From: Propionibacteriaceae bacterium
GTDB lineage: Bacteria; Actinomycetota; Actinomycetes; Propionibacteriales; Propionibacteriaceae
Assembly (NCBI GenBank): GCA_031256725.1
Contig: JAIRQE010000019.1
Location: forward strand, 60,001-92,000
DNA: 32,000 nucleotides
Direction: 5' to 3'
Shown here: piece by piece, positions 1 to 8,562 of the stretch
Numbering within the stretch: the stretch's first letter is position 1
Layout of the letters: each line of letters begins with the position of its first letter
The notes under the pieces: generated by a model
What the model saw: only the letters and a program-made list of their open reading frames with translations
Told to the model about the DNA's origin: nothing
Database searches by the model: none
Position numbers and translations under genes: made by a program

Positions 1-322
1 TGTTGGCGGCTTCAACAGTATCCGCACCATCCTTGGAGACAGCTTCTGCGATCGCCGAAGCCAGATCCATGAACTCGGCATTCTTGGCTACGAAGTCGGT
101 TTCAGCACCCAACTGAATGATGGCCTTGCCAGCGGCAGCCACGAGTCCATTGCTGGCTTCGCGATCCGAGCGCTTGGCAGCCTTCACAGCACCAGAGACA
201 CGCAAGAGTTCGGTTGCCTTCTCAAAATCGCCATCAGCCTCGGTTAGGGCCTTCTTGGCATCCATCATCCCTGCGCCTGTTTGGTCGCGCAGTTTCTTCA
301 CATCAGCGGCAGTGATCGCCAT
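1..322 (-). CDS. tsf: elongation factor Ts, N-terminal part (gene runs off the left edge)
   Basis: My own minus-strand translation from the ATG at 322-320 gives [44 protein letters not shown]..., a typical EF-Ts UBA-like N-terminus. The frame stays open to position 1. It lies 42 nt downstream of rpsB, the canonical rpsB-tsf order. Confidence 0.9.
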   Translation of the reverse strand, partial: MAITAADVKKLRDQTGAGMMDAKKALTEADGDFEKATELLRVSGAVKAAKRSDREASNGLVAAAGKAIIQLGAETDFVAKNAEFMDLASAIAEAVSKDGADTVEAAN

Positions 323-364
323 GTCTTCTCTTTTCTTCTGGGATTGGTCTAGGGGTTGGTGGAC

Positions 365-1324
365 TTACTTGTCTTCGGTTGCTTCAGCAGCTTCGACGAC
401 TTCCTCAGCCTTATCTGCGACTGCTTCGACCTTGGCTGGTGCGGCCTCAGCCTTTGCCGCCTTAGCTGGCTTAACTTCGGCTTCTACGACCGGCTCAGCT
501 GCTTCGACGGTTTCAACCACGGCATCGGCAGGAACCACCGCATCAGCGACAGCATCAGTGCCAGCAAGAAGTTCGCGTTCCCACTCTGGCATGGGTTCAA
601 CCTCAATCTCCTGCTCACCAATGAGGGGAGCCTGAGAGCGAGCCATAAGACCATCAGCCACAGCATCAGCAATGACCTTGGTCAGAAGAGCAACAGCGCG
701 GATAGCGTCATCGTTGCCTGGGATCGGGTAGTCGACCTGATCTGGGTCACAGTTTGTGTCGAGGATACCGACGATCGGGATACCGAGCTTACGGGCTTCG
801 TCAACAGCGAGGTGTTCCTTATTAGTGTCAACGATCCAGATTGCTGTCGGTACCTTCGCCATATCGCGGATACCACCAAGGGAACGAGCAAGCTTGTCGC
901 GCTCGCGGGAAAGACCCAGCAACTCCTTCTTGGTCAGACCCAAGGTTGAGGTTGCAGTCAGATCCATGGCTTCGAGTTCCTTCATACGCTGGATTCTCTT
1001 CATCATGGTGGGGAAGTTGGTGAGCATGCCACCCAGCCAACGCTGGTTCACATAGGGCATTCCAACGCGGGTTGCCTGCTCAGCAATAGCCTCTTGGGCC
1101 TGCTTTTTCGTACCCACAAAAAGAATCTGGCCACCGGAAGCGATGAGGCTACGCACAAAGAGGTAGGCGCCCTCAATCTCTTTAATGGACTTGTGGAGGT
1201 CGATGATGTAGATCCCATTGCGCTCCGTGAAGATGAAGCGCTTCATCTTCGGGTTCCAGCGGCGGGTCTGATGACCGAAGTGGACGCCAGCGTCCAAAAG
1301 TTGACGTGAGGTAATGACAGCCAT
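365..1324 (-). CDS. rpsB: 30S ribosomal protein S2 with a long acidic Ala/Glu/Val C-terminal tail
   Basis: The 319 aa ORF contains [28 protein letters not shown] and [12 protein letters not shown], all S2 signatures. It sits directly upstream of tsf. Confidence 0.97.
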   Translation of the reverse strand: MAVITSRQLLDAGVHFGHQTRRWNPKMKRFIFTERNGIYIIDLHKSIKEIEGAYLFVRSLIASGGQILFVGTKKQAQEAIAEQATRVGMPYVNQRWLGGMLTNFPTMMKRIQRMKELEAMDLTATSTLGLTKKELLGLSRERDKLARSLGGIRDMAKVPTAIWIVDTNKEHLAVDEARKLGIPIVGILDTNCDPDQVDYPIPGNDDAIRAVALLTKVIADAVADGLMARSQAPLIGEQEIEVEPMPEWERELLAGTDAVADAVVPADAVVETVEAAEPVVEAEVKPAKAAKAEAAPAKVEAVADKAEEVVEAAEATEDK

Positions 1325-1601
1325 AGTGCAGTCCTTTCTTTGTGAGGCTTACGCCTCAACTTTGAGTTTCTGATGCCGTGAGGCATCCCTGACACCGGTA
1401 GAGATCCCCACCGATTAGGCAACGATGTGTTGACCAAACCGGACCTGCGAAGATCAATTCGGACTTCCGATGTGCGAAATACGTGAACTGGAGTTCACCT
1501 AGTCTATGAAGACCAGCGTCTATTCTATCGCGCCCAGCGGATTGGGCAAGTCAGGTTTGGGCCAAGTTGCGCAAGGGCGTCATATAGGGCAGAGTTCCAT
1601 C

Positions 1602-3707
1602 ATGAGTTCACAGGCGAACATACCCGAAATTGTGTCATCGATCCGCAACGTTGTCCTCGTAGGATCGTCCGGATCGGGCAAGACCACGTTGTACGAATCC
1701 CTTCTAAAATCCCGCACGGCTGGTTACCGTGGCGAGAAGATGGATCCCGAGCGAGCAGCCGCCCTGTCCATCTCGTCTATCCAGGTTGACTCCATCACAG
1801 TGAACCTCCTGGATGCGCCAGGGCACCCAGATTTTGTGGGTGAATTAAGGGCTGGATTGAGGGGTGCCGACGGCGCAGTCTTCGTCATCTCCGCCTCGGA
1901 CGGTGTTGACTCTGCCACCGAAGCTTTGTGGCATGAATGTGCCGCCGTGGGAATGCCTCGCGGTATAGCCATCACGAAGCTTGACGATGGTCGCTCCGAC
2001 TTCGCGACAGTCCTGGCCGATATCCAGAACCTCTGGGGACAAGCAGTACAACCGTCGTACGTCCCTATTAAGAGTGGCGACAAAATTGTTGGAAACCTCT
2101 CACTGGTGTCCCAAAATGTCCATGATTATGCATCCGGCAAGCGCGAACGTCGTGAAGCAACTGCGGACGAGCTTTCAACGATTGCAGACTATCGTGCAGC
2201 TCTCATCGAGGGAATCATTCAGGAATCCGAGGACGATGCCCTTATGGATCGCTACCTTGAGGGTGAAGAGCTCAAGATAGATGAGCTGGTTGAAGACCTC
2301 ACAAAGGCCATTTACACCGGCCAATTCTTCCCCGTCATCCCTGTTAATTCCCTGGATGCAGTGGGTATCGAAGAACTTCTCACGGTCATCGTGAATGCCT
2401 TCCCGAATCCTTCCCGCCACAAGCTGAGTACCTCCAAGGTTGTTGGTGGCAATATTGAATCTGCCCTAGCTGAAGTCGGTAATCCTGATGGGCCTCTGCT
2501 CGCTCAGGTGATTCGTACCACCTCAGATCAGTTCGCTGGTCGTGGATCTTTGGTACGCGTCTTCAACGGCACACTCAAGCTCGACGACACGGTGATGGTC
2601 TCTGGTCATCGTTCACTGTTCACGGGCAAAGAGGATGCCGCGCGCCCTGATCATGATGATCCCGACAAAATCGGGCCCATGTCTGTACCCAAGGTGGGAG
2701 AGAATACCCCAACCCCACAGGCTGTCGCTGGTCAGATTGTCTTCGTCACGAAGATGAGCAAGGCGGACACCTCCGATACCCTCTCCCCCAAGGATGCGCC
2801 CACCCTGCTGAATCCCTGGAATCTTCCCGAACCACTGTTGCCGGTCGCCATCAAGGCTGCCACACGCAACGATGAGGATAAGCTTCCTGTGGCTCTCAAC
2901 CGTCTCGCAGTCGAGGACACAACAGTACGAGTGGAGGCCGCTGCAGAAACCAAGCAGACCATCTTGTGGACCATGGGCCAGGCCCATGTGGACCTCCTCT
3001 TGGCCCGTTTGAAGGACCGCTATGGGGTCAACGTCGTCTCTGAACCCATCAAGGTTGGTCTGCGCGAAACCTTCATCGCTTCTGCCAAGGCTGATGGTGC
3101 CCACGTCAAGCAGTCCGGTGGACATGGACAGTACGCCAAGTGCACCATTGAGGTGGAGCCACTAGAGCGTGGTGCAGGGTTTGAGTTCGTCGACAAGATC
3201 GTCGGTGGTGTTATCCCCCGCCAGTTCATTCCCTCGGTTGAGAAGGGGATTCGCAATCAACTAGAAAAGGGCGTCATCGCTGGCTTCCCCATGGTTGATA
3301 TCCGCGTGAATCTCGTCTTCGGAAAGTACCACCCGGTTGACTCCTCTGACCTTGCCTTCCAGATGGCTGGGGCCCAGGCAATCAAGGAGGCTGTCTCCAA
3401 ACCTGGTGTTGCTGCCCTGTTGGAGCCCATCGACAAGGTCACTGTGACCGTGGATGAGCAGTACATGGGTGCGGTTATGACCGACATCTCAGGGCGGCGC
3501 GGACAGTTGGTGGGTACCGATGCTGACGATGCCCATCACGCAATCATTCACGCGCTGATCCCCCAATCCGAGTTGAGTAAGTACGCGATTGATCTGCGTG
3601 GTCTGGCCCGCGGTTCAGGTTCCTTCACCCGAGATTTCCACGGGTACGAGATCCTCCCCCAGAATCAGGCCGATGCTGTAATCGCAGCCTCCAAAGACAA
3701 GAGCTGA
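1602..3707 (+). CDS. EF-G-like translational GTPase (EF-G2-type paralogue)
   Basis: The ORF spans 1506-3707. It has G1 GSSGSGKTT, G3 DAPGHPDF and TKLD in place of NKxD, plus the EF-G domain II-V pattern (GQAHVDLLLARL, HGQYAKC, PVDSS). I chose the start at the ATG at 1602 (MSSQANIPE...) by analogy with EF-G2 N-termini. The ATG at 1506 is also possible. Confidence 0.85.
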   Translation: MSSQANIPEIVSSIRNVVLVGSSGSGKTTLYESLLKSRTAGYRGEKMDPERAAALSISSIQVDSITVNLLDAPGHPDFVGELRAGLRGADGAVFVISASDGVDSATEALWHECAAVGMPRGIAITKLDDGRSDFATVLADIQNLWGQAVQPSYVPIKSGDKIVGNLSLVSQNVHDYASGKRERREATADELSTIADYRAALIEGIIQESEDDALMDRYLEGEELKIDELVEDLTKAIYTGQFFPVIPVNSLDAVGIEELLTVIVNAFPNPSRHKLSTSKVVGGNIESALAEVGNPDGPLLAQVIRTTSDQFAGRGSLVRVFNGTLKLDDTVMVSGHRSLFTGKEDAARPDHDDPDKIGPMSVPKVGENTPTPQAVAGQIVFVTKMSKADTSDTLSPKDAPTLLNPWNLPEPLLPVAIKAATRNDEDKLPVALNRLAVEDTTVRVEAAAETKQTILWTMGQAHVDLLLARLKDRYGVNVVSEPIKVGLRETFIASAKADGAHVKQSGGHGQYAKCTIEVEPLERGAGFEFVDKIVGGVIPRQFIPSVEKGIRNQLEKGVIAGFPMVDIRVNLVFGKYHPVDSSDLAFQMAGAQAIKEAVSKPGVAALLEPIDKVTVTVDEQYMGAVMTDISGRRGQLVGTDADDAHHAIIHALIPQSELSKYAIDLRGLARGSGSFTRDFHGYEILPQNQADAVIAASKDKS

Positions 3708-3723
3708 TTTCTAGGTATCTTTA

Positions 3724-3782
3724 GCAAAACTCCGCCACAGTGACCCATTTCGATGGTTTCTTTCACAGTGGCGGAGTTTTGC
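3724..3782. terminator. long hairpin, candidate bidirectional intrinsic terminator (copy 1 of a CAAAACTCCGC palindromic element)
   Basis: The arms are gcaaaactccgccacagtg (3724-3742) and cacagtggcggagttttgc (3764-3782). They form 18 of 19 possible pairs (15 bp, one A:A mismatch, 3 bp). In either orientation the 3' arm ends in GAGTTTTG. The hairpin lies 17 nt after the EF-G2 stop. Confidence 0.55.
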
Positions 3783-3807
3783 ATCATTTGGGACAGCGAA
3801 TCCCTCC

Positions 3808-3868
3808 CAAAACTCCGCTAGTGCGGGCAGAATTGGGGTCATTTCGGAGTCTCAATAGCGGAGTTTTG
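3808..3868. terminator. second hairpin of the same element family, candidate terminator for the convergent Fic gene
   Basis: The arms caaaactccgcta (3808-3820) and tagcggagttttg (3856-3868) form a perfect 13 bp stem. It shares the CAAAACTCCGC core, and a catttcg loop motif, with copy 1. Confidence 0.45.
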
Positions 3869-3942
3869 CACTAGCCGAAGATTCGATAAGAAACCATCCC
3901 CTGGCAATATCGCGCACTCACCTTCGTCGCATGACCTAGGAT

Positions 3943-4815
3943 TCAGATCTGATAATCCTCGGAAATCATCCAGCGTCCCCTCACTCGGAACGCTGGTATG
4001 GTCTGACGCTTAGCTTTATTAGTGATGATATTTGGCTTGGCTCCATGGATCTGAGCCCACTGGGATAAGGTGATGATTCTCTTACTCGTGAGCAGAACTA
4101 TCCGCTTGTTCAAAGATTCTTGAAGAAGAAGACCGAGAAGAGTTGTCATTCCTTCATGATTTGAAGTTCTGCCATATTTCTCCAGGTGAGGATAGTACTC
4201 AGTATGTTTCGCCTTGGCCCGCATAATAACTGGAGGCAGTCCAAGATCCCGTAACTGTTTGTTAATCAGGACTCTTCCAATGCGACCATTACCATCCACA
4301 AAAGGATGGATGATCTCAAATTCGCAATGAAACCATGCGATGTCGTCAAGAAAGGACCCACATGGTGAGGCTGCATATCGATCCAGGGCCTCAGTCAACA
4401 AGACCTGCACATATTCAGGATTGGCCCCAAGATAGGTACCGACTCCCACCCATTCCCCAGCTCGTCTATACCGACCAGCACAATCCTCTCGAATATCCCC
4501 GAGCAGAATTCCATGCCATTTTAAAATGAGGTCGTGCGTCAGAGGTTCCTCACACTGAAGGAGATCAGTAACCCTGGCAAGGTTCTTAGCTTCAAAGATC
4601 TCCCGTAAATCCTGAGAGGTTTTTGGTACAGACCCCGCCAGGATTCGCTCAGTATCCTCCAGGGTAAGTGTCGAGTTTTCAATGGCATTGGATTGATGTA
4701 CTGACTCCGCGACTTCTGCCACAGTGATCTGCTTAAGTGCCTGTCTATTCTGATCAACTAGGCCACGATAGTCATTGATCAGCGATGAAATTCTCGACTT
4801 TGTCACTTGATTCAT
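3943..4815 (-). CDS. Fic-family protein (probable AMP-transferase) with an N-terminal auto-inhibitory motif
   Basis: It carries the Fic motif HPFVDGNGRIGR (HxFx[D/E]GNGRxxR). Upstream in the same chain, SNAIEN fits the inhibitory [S/T]xxxE[G/N] helix. I chose the start at MNQVTKSR (ATG at 4815); the ORF track extends to 4887. The gene is AT-richer than its neighbours. Confidence 0.85.
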   Translation of the reverse strand: MNQVTKSRISSLINDYRGLVDQNRQALKQITVAEVAESVHQSNAIENSTLTLEDTERILAGSVPKTSQDLREIFEAKNLARVTDLLQCEEPLTHDLILKWHGILLGDIREDCAGRYRRAGEWVGVGTYLGANPEYVQVLLTEALDRYAASPCGSFLDDIAWFHCEFEIIHPFVDGNGRIGRVLINKQLRDLGLPPVIMRAKAKHTEYYPHLEKYGRTSNHEGMTTLLGLLLQESLNKRIVLLTSKRIITLSQWAQIHGAKPNIITNKAKRQTIPAFRVRGRWMISEDYQI

Positions 4816-4982
4816 GGCGCAGCACCTCTCATTTATCGTGAATTTTACCAAGAAATATAGATAATTCACGTATAGTTCGCATACCAACGGAACTCAGGAG
4901 TAAAACAAACACCCCCGCTTCATGGGTATAAACACCCGATTTCGCCCTTTGCCGGCTTTGGGGTAGAGTATTCGCTGGTCAA

Positions 4983-5056
4983 GCCTCCTTAGCTCAGTTG
5001 GTTAGAGCAGCGGACTCTTAATCCGCGTGTCCAGGGTTCGAGTCCCTGAGGGGGTA
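4983..5056 (+). tRNA. tRNA-Lys (anticodon CTT)
   Basis: I folded the cloverleaf by hand: acceptor gcctcct, D arm gctc/gagc, anticodon arm gcgga-cTCTTaa-tccgc, T arm caggg-ttcgagt-ccctg. CCA is not encoded. Confidence 0.9.
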
Positions 5057-5132
5057 CTTGGTACTCAATGGCACTCAATCTTGCTGTCATCGCGAGAACA
5101 CAGCCACAGATGCCACCATCTTTATCACTTTG

Positions 5133-5837
5133 CTAATTCTTCTTCTTAAGAAGGTCAGGTCGTCTCTGTTGAGTGATGTTCTCGGCTTGTTCTCTACGCC
5201 ATTGAGCTATTTTGGCGTGATGACCCGACAGAAGTACCTCAGGTACGTCCATCCCCCTCCAGGAGGCTGGCTTGGTGTAGACCGGATACTCCAGAAGGGA
5301 TTCTAGGGCCCCAGAATGGGACTCCTCCTCTAAGGACTCAGGGTTGCCCACAACTCCTGGCAGAAGCCTCACTATGGCTTCTGTCATGGCTAGGGCTGCT
5401 ACCTCACCACCGTTGAGAACATAGTCACCCAGGGAGATTTCTCGTACCTCCACCAGGGTACGCGCGTACTCATGTACTCGGGCATCAATGCCTTCATAAC
5501 GGCCACATGCAAAGATGAGCCGGTCGTACCCCGAAAGTTCGACGGCTTCAGCTTGGGTGAATGGTACTCCACTTGGGGTGGGGATGATCAGGCAGATGCG
5601 ACCCTCGGAATCAGCCAAGAGGTCATCCAAGGCCAGTCCCCAGGGTTCAGGCTTCATGACCATCCCAGCACCGCCACCAACTGGGGTATCGTCGACTGTA
5701 CGGTGAAGATCAGTGGTCCATTCCCGAAGATCATGAACACCGATCTCGATGATCCCCGACTCAGCAGCCTTACCCACTAAAGACAACGATAAGGGGGTGA
5801 AGTACTCACCAAAGATGGTCACATAGTCGAGTTTCAT
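5133..5837 (-). CDS. trmD: tRNA (guanine37-N1)-methyltransferase
   Basis: [13 protein letters not shown]..., RYEGIDARV and [12 protein letters not shown] are TrmD signatures. The ATG at 5837 overlaps the rimM stop (ATGA). The ORF track's longer start at 5882 is unlikely. Confidence 0.93.
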   Translation of the reverse strand: MKLDYVTIFGEYFTPLSLSLVGKAAESGIIEIGVHDLREWTTDLHRTVDDTPVGGGAGMVMKPEPWGLALDDLLADSEGRICLIIPTPSGVPFTQAEAVELSGYDRLIFACGRYEGIDARVHEYARTLVEVREISLGDYVLNGGEVAALAMTEAIVRLLPGVVGNPESLEEESHSGALESLLEYPVYTKPASWRGMDVPEVLLSGHHAKIAQWRREQAENITQQRRPDLLKKKN

Positions 5838-6403
5838 GGTTGGTCCTCTAGAAGCCCAGGAATGGCGCGAATGATCACACACCCAGCTTCTAAGTCCACT
5901 TCAGGTACAAGATCATTCACGAAGGGTATGAACCTTTCCCCGTTACTCGTCTCGACAACAAGGGAATCCTGGAACCCCAGATGCTCAACTCTCGAAACCT
6001 TGCCGGCCCATTCACCCTCAGATGTGACGACGTCAAGGCCCATCAACTGATGGTCATAGTATTCCGATTCGTCAGCGGGTACCTCTGTGGAATCGACTCG
6101 AGAAACCAAGCGGGAGCCGACAAGCTTTTCAGCTTCGGTACGCTCACCCACCTCAGCGAAGCGAACCACACCACGCGCTCCCTGAAGACGGAAAGATTTG
6201 ATGGTGAGCGGATCGCCACCGTCAGGCCATACTTGGGCGCCGATGGCAAAACGCTGCTTGGGGGAATCTGTACGCAGATCAACATAGATCTCGCCGTGAA
6301 GACCGTGGGCGCGCCCCAGCGTACCCACGATCACTTCAATATCAGTCACGTCGGATCCAAAGCCACACTCAGCGGCGGCCCTTACTATTGCGACGGTCGA
6401 CAT
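5834..6403 (-). CDS. rimM: 16S rRNA processing protein RimM
   Basis: [27 protein letters not shown] is the RimM N-terminal beta-barrel signature. The gene lies between the KH protein gene and trmD. The start is uncertain: ATG at 6403, GTG at 6349, or the ORF-track maximum at 6445. Confidence 0.85.
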   Translation of the reverse strand: MSTVAIVRAAAECGFGSDVTDIEVIVGTLGRAHGLHGEIYVDLRTDSPKQRFAIGAQVWPDGGDPLTIKSFRLQGARGVVRFAEVGERTEAEKLVGSRLVSRVDSTEVPADESEYYDHQLMGLDVVTSEGEWAGKVSRVEHLGFQDSLVVETSNGERFIPFVNDLVPEVDLEAGCVIIRAIPGLLEDQP

Positions 6404-6626
6404 CGAGGAAGTCCACACGAACCTGCTCGTGACCAGCCAAGGCACCCACGACTGTTCGCAGGGCCTGGGCTGTACGACCTTGACGACCGATCACCTTGCC
6501 GATATCGTCCGGGCTCACACGTACCTCAAGCATCCGCCCGCGACGCAGATCCAAGTCGCGTACCCTCACATCGTCAGGGTTGGCAACTATGCCACGAACG
6601 AGGTGCTCTAGAGCATCGGCTAGCAT
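6369..6626 (-). CDS. KH-domain RNA-binding protein (YlqC/UPF0109 type)
   Basis: This 85 aa protein has the KH core VIGRQGRTAQALRTVV. It occupies the conserved position between rpsP and rimM. Confidence 0.85.
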   Translation of the reverse strand: MLADALEHLVRGIVANPDDVRVRDLDLRRGRMLEVRVSPDDIGKVIGRQGRTAQALRTVVGALAGHEQVRVDFLDVDRRNSKGRR

Positions 6627-6628
6627 GA

Positions 6629-7195
6629 TTAATCCTCTGTCTTCTCGGCGGCTTCTGCGACCTCTTCGACGACCTCACTGACAGCTTCAGCGGCTTCTTC
6701 AACCACTTCTTCAGCCTTGTCAGCAACGGTTTCGACTAGTTCTTCAACGACCTCTGCGACCTCTTCAGCCTTCTCAGTAGCTGCTTCAACGACGGCTTCG
6801 GCTTCTTCTGTCTTCTTCTTCGCAGTACGCTTCGGCTTAATGGGATCTGCACTATCTGGAGCAGCATCAACGGCCAAGGTGTAGCGAGCAAGGCGATCAG
6901 GGCGCGGCTTCTGGGGGTCAATGCCAGAAGGCGAGGTATCGCCAGTGAACTTCTGCCAGTCACCAGATCGCTTGAACAAAGCCACGACTGCTTCGGTCGG
7001 CTGAGCACCAACGCCCAACCAGTACTGAGCGCGCTCAGAGTTGACCTGGATGACGGATGGGTCATTCTTCGGGTGGTAGAGGCCAATTTCCTCAATGGCC
7101 CGGCCATCGCGCTTCTGACGCGCGTCCATGACCACAATACGGTAGTGAGGCGAACGAATCTTGCCGAGCCTCTTGAGACGAATCTTGACAGCCAC
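6629..7195 (-). CDS. rpsP: 30S ribosomal protein S16 with a long acidic C-terminal tail
   Basis: [42 protein letters not shown] is a classic S16 N-terminus. The C-terminal ~80 aa are an Ala/Glu/Val-rich extension. Confidence 0.95.
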   Translation of the reverse strand: MAVKIRLKRLGKIRSPHYRIVVMDARQKRDGRAIEEIGLYHPKNDPSVIQVNSERAQYWLGVGAQPTEAVVALFKRSGDWQKFTGDTSPSGIDPQKPRPDRLARYTLAVDAAPDSADPIKPKRTAKKKTEEAEAVVEAATEKAEEVAEVVEELVETVADKAEEVVEEAAEAVSEVVEEVAEAAEKTED

Positions 7196-7443
7196 TAGTG
7201 TGTTATCTCCTGTTGTTATATGCCCACGTTGGGCGTTTGGTGGAGCTTGGCCGAAGGTGGGGACCTCGATTCCAATGTCCGAAGGGATCTATGACGCCTG
7301 GAGTTAGAGGGCACCAAGTGACACAGATACGCGGAGAACATTTTGCCAGAACTTGCCCAGTTTTTCTATTCGACCCGAGTTGTACCGTACGATCTGATAA
7401 ACAGGTTCACTGGGAAATCGGTGGCACGAGTGAAGGAAAAAGG

Positions 7444-8562
7444 ATGAAAAGGATAGGAATTCTCGGGGGATCAGGAGAAACGGGTCACATTATCGCCGAA
7501 CTGTTACTCGCTAGAGATGATGTGGAGGTGGTACTTCTTGGAAGAAATGAAGACTCACTCAGCGCAGTAGCCGAAACCCTCAAGAATTCCCGTGTCCTCA
7601 CTCGTGTGGTGAACGCCACCCAACCTGAACCTTTGCGTGAAGCTCTCCTTGATCTGGATCTCCTCATTGTCGCTGCCCCCATGCTCAACCACCTGTCAAC
7701 CGTGGCTCAAGCAGCCCTTGAGACAAAGACGAATTGGCTCGATGTACTTATGGATTCCCCTGAGAAGATTGAGACACTCAAAGCCCTCTCACCTGAATTT
7801 GAGAAAGAAGGGCTACAGATCATCTCAGGTTCGGGAATACATCCTGGTCTGCCCGGAGCCATGATTCGAGCTATCGCAGGCACACTTGAGCCCCCGAAAG
7901 GCGCCCAGGTTGGCATACTCATGTCTATTGACTGGAGGAAGTACAACCCTAGAACAGAAACTGCTGATGAGTTCGCCTACGAAATCTGCCAAATGAGGTC
8001 AGGAGGATGGTTTGATGGGGAATACAAGACTTTATCCTGGTTGAGCCCCAAAGGCCTACGCCGCATCGATTATGGTACTCCCTTTGGAATCTTGGATTCC
8101 GTAGTCATGGAATTGGAAGAGATCCGTCGCATCCGTGAGGTGGTACCAACCCTCGACCATGCTGCTATGGCCATGTCGGGCAGACACCCTGTCGCAGACT
8201 ATTTCGTCACTCCCATAGCTCTGCTTCTGTCGAAGCTGGGCCGACTCAAGGCTGCTGCACGTTTCTTCTGGTGGGGTTGGACCACCTTCCAAACACCGCC
8301 CTATCGTACGGTCCTCATCGCCGATGTCTGGGATGATTCCGACAAGATGGAGCGCCTGACGATCTCCCATGAGGACGGCTATTGGCTGACCGCCGCTGTC
8401 GGCGCCGCCACCGCACATCAGATCATAGATTCCCGCATAGAAGGGTTGGGGTACCACCATGCCGCTTTGGCCGTAGAACCCTCTCAACTCGTCGAGGACC
8501 TCACGACGTTTGGTGCCACAGTCAAGAGATTCTCAGGCAAACAGGAGTACGGCTCTGCTTAA
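7444..8562 (+). CDS. NAD(P)-binding oxidoreductase, saccharopine-dehydrogenase-like
   Basis: MKRIGILGGSGETGHIIAELL is a Rossmann GxGxxG N-terminus. The ATG at 7444 is preceded by gaaggaaaaagg. The upstream 246 nt of the ORF-track frame has no protein-like character. Confidence 0.7.
   Translation: MKRIGILGGSGETGHIIAELLLARDDVEVVLLGRNEDSLSAVAETLKNSRVLTRVVNATQPEPLREALLDLDLLIVAAPMLNHLSTVAQAALETKTNWLDVLMDSPEKIETLKALSPEFEKEGLQIISGSGIHPGLPGAMIRAIAGTLEPPKGAQVGILMSIDWRKYNPRTETADEFAYEICQMRSGGWFDGEYKTLSWLSPKGLRRIDYGTPFGILDSVVMELEEIRRIREVVPTLDHAAMAMSGRHPVADYFVTPIALLLSKLGRLKAAARFFWWGWTTFQTPPYRTVLIADVWDDSDKMERLTISHEDGYWLTAAVGAATAHQIIDSRIEGLGYHHAALAVEPSQLVEDLTTFGATVKRFSGKQEYGSA

Noticed and set aside
117-949. 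172 aa and 197 aa plus-strand ORFs
   Set aside because: They are antisense to rpsB and the start of tsf. Their Ser/Ala/Thr-rich low-complexity translation is the mirror image of the acidic S2 tail. The rpsB frame carries unmistakable S2 motifs.
1506-1601. N-terminal 32 codons of the EF-G2 ORF
   Set aside because: They have no GTPase-family counterpart. The ATG at 1602 gives an N-terminus of the length seen before the P-loop in EF-G2-type proteins. I kept this as an alternative start, not as a separate feature.
4816-4887. 24-codon N-terminal extension of the Fic ORF (MVCELYVNYLYFLVKFTINERCCA)
   Set aside because: It is an AT-rich, promoter-like sequence with an implausible peptide. MNQVTKSR is the more natural start.
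5981-6628. 215 aa plus-strand ORF
   Set aside because: It is antisense to rimM and the KH-protein gene, both of which have clear family motifs. It is a typical shadow ORF of GC-biased coding DNA.
7198-7443. 82-codon upstream extension of the oxidoreductase ORF
   Set aside because: It would begin 2 nt from the rpsP start on the opposite strand and run through the shared promoter region. The Rossmann N-terminus with an RBS starts at 7444.
8533-8562. 30 nt tail-to-tail overlap of the oxidoreductase and amidohydrolase genes
   Set aside because: The overlap is real in the sequence. However, short convergent overlaps are common in compact actinobacterial genomes, and I see no additional signal such as a hairpin or repeat.
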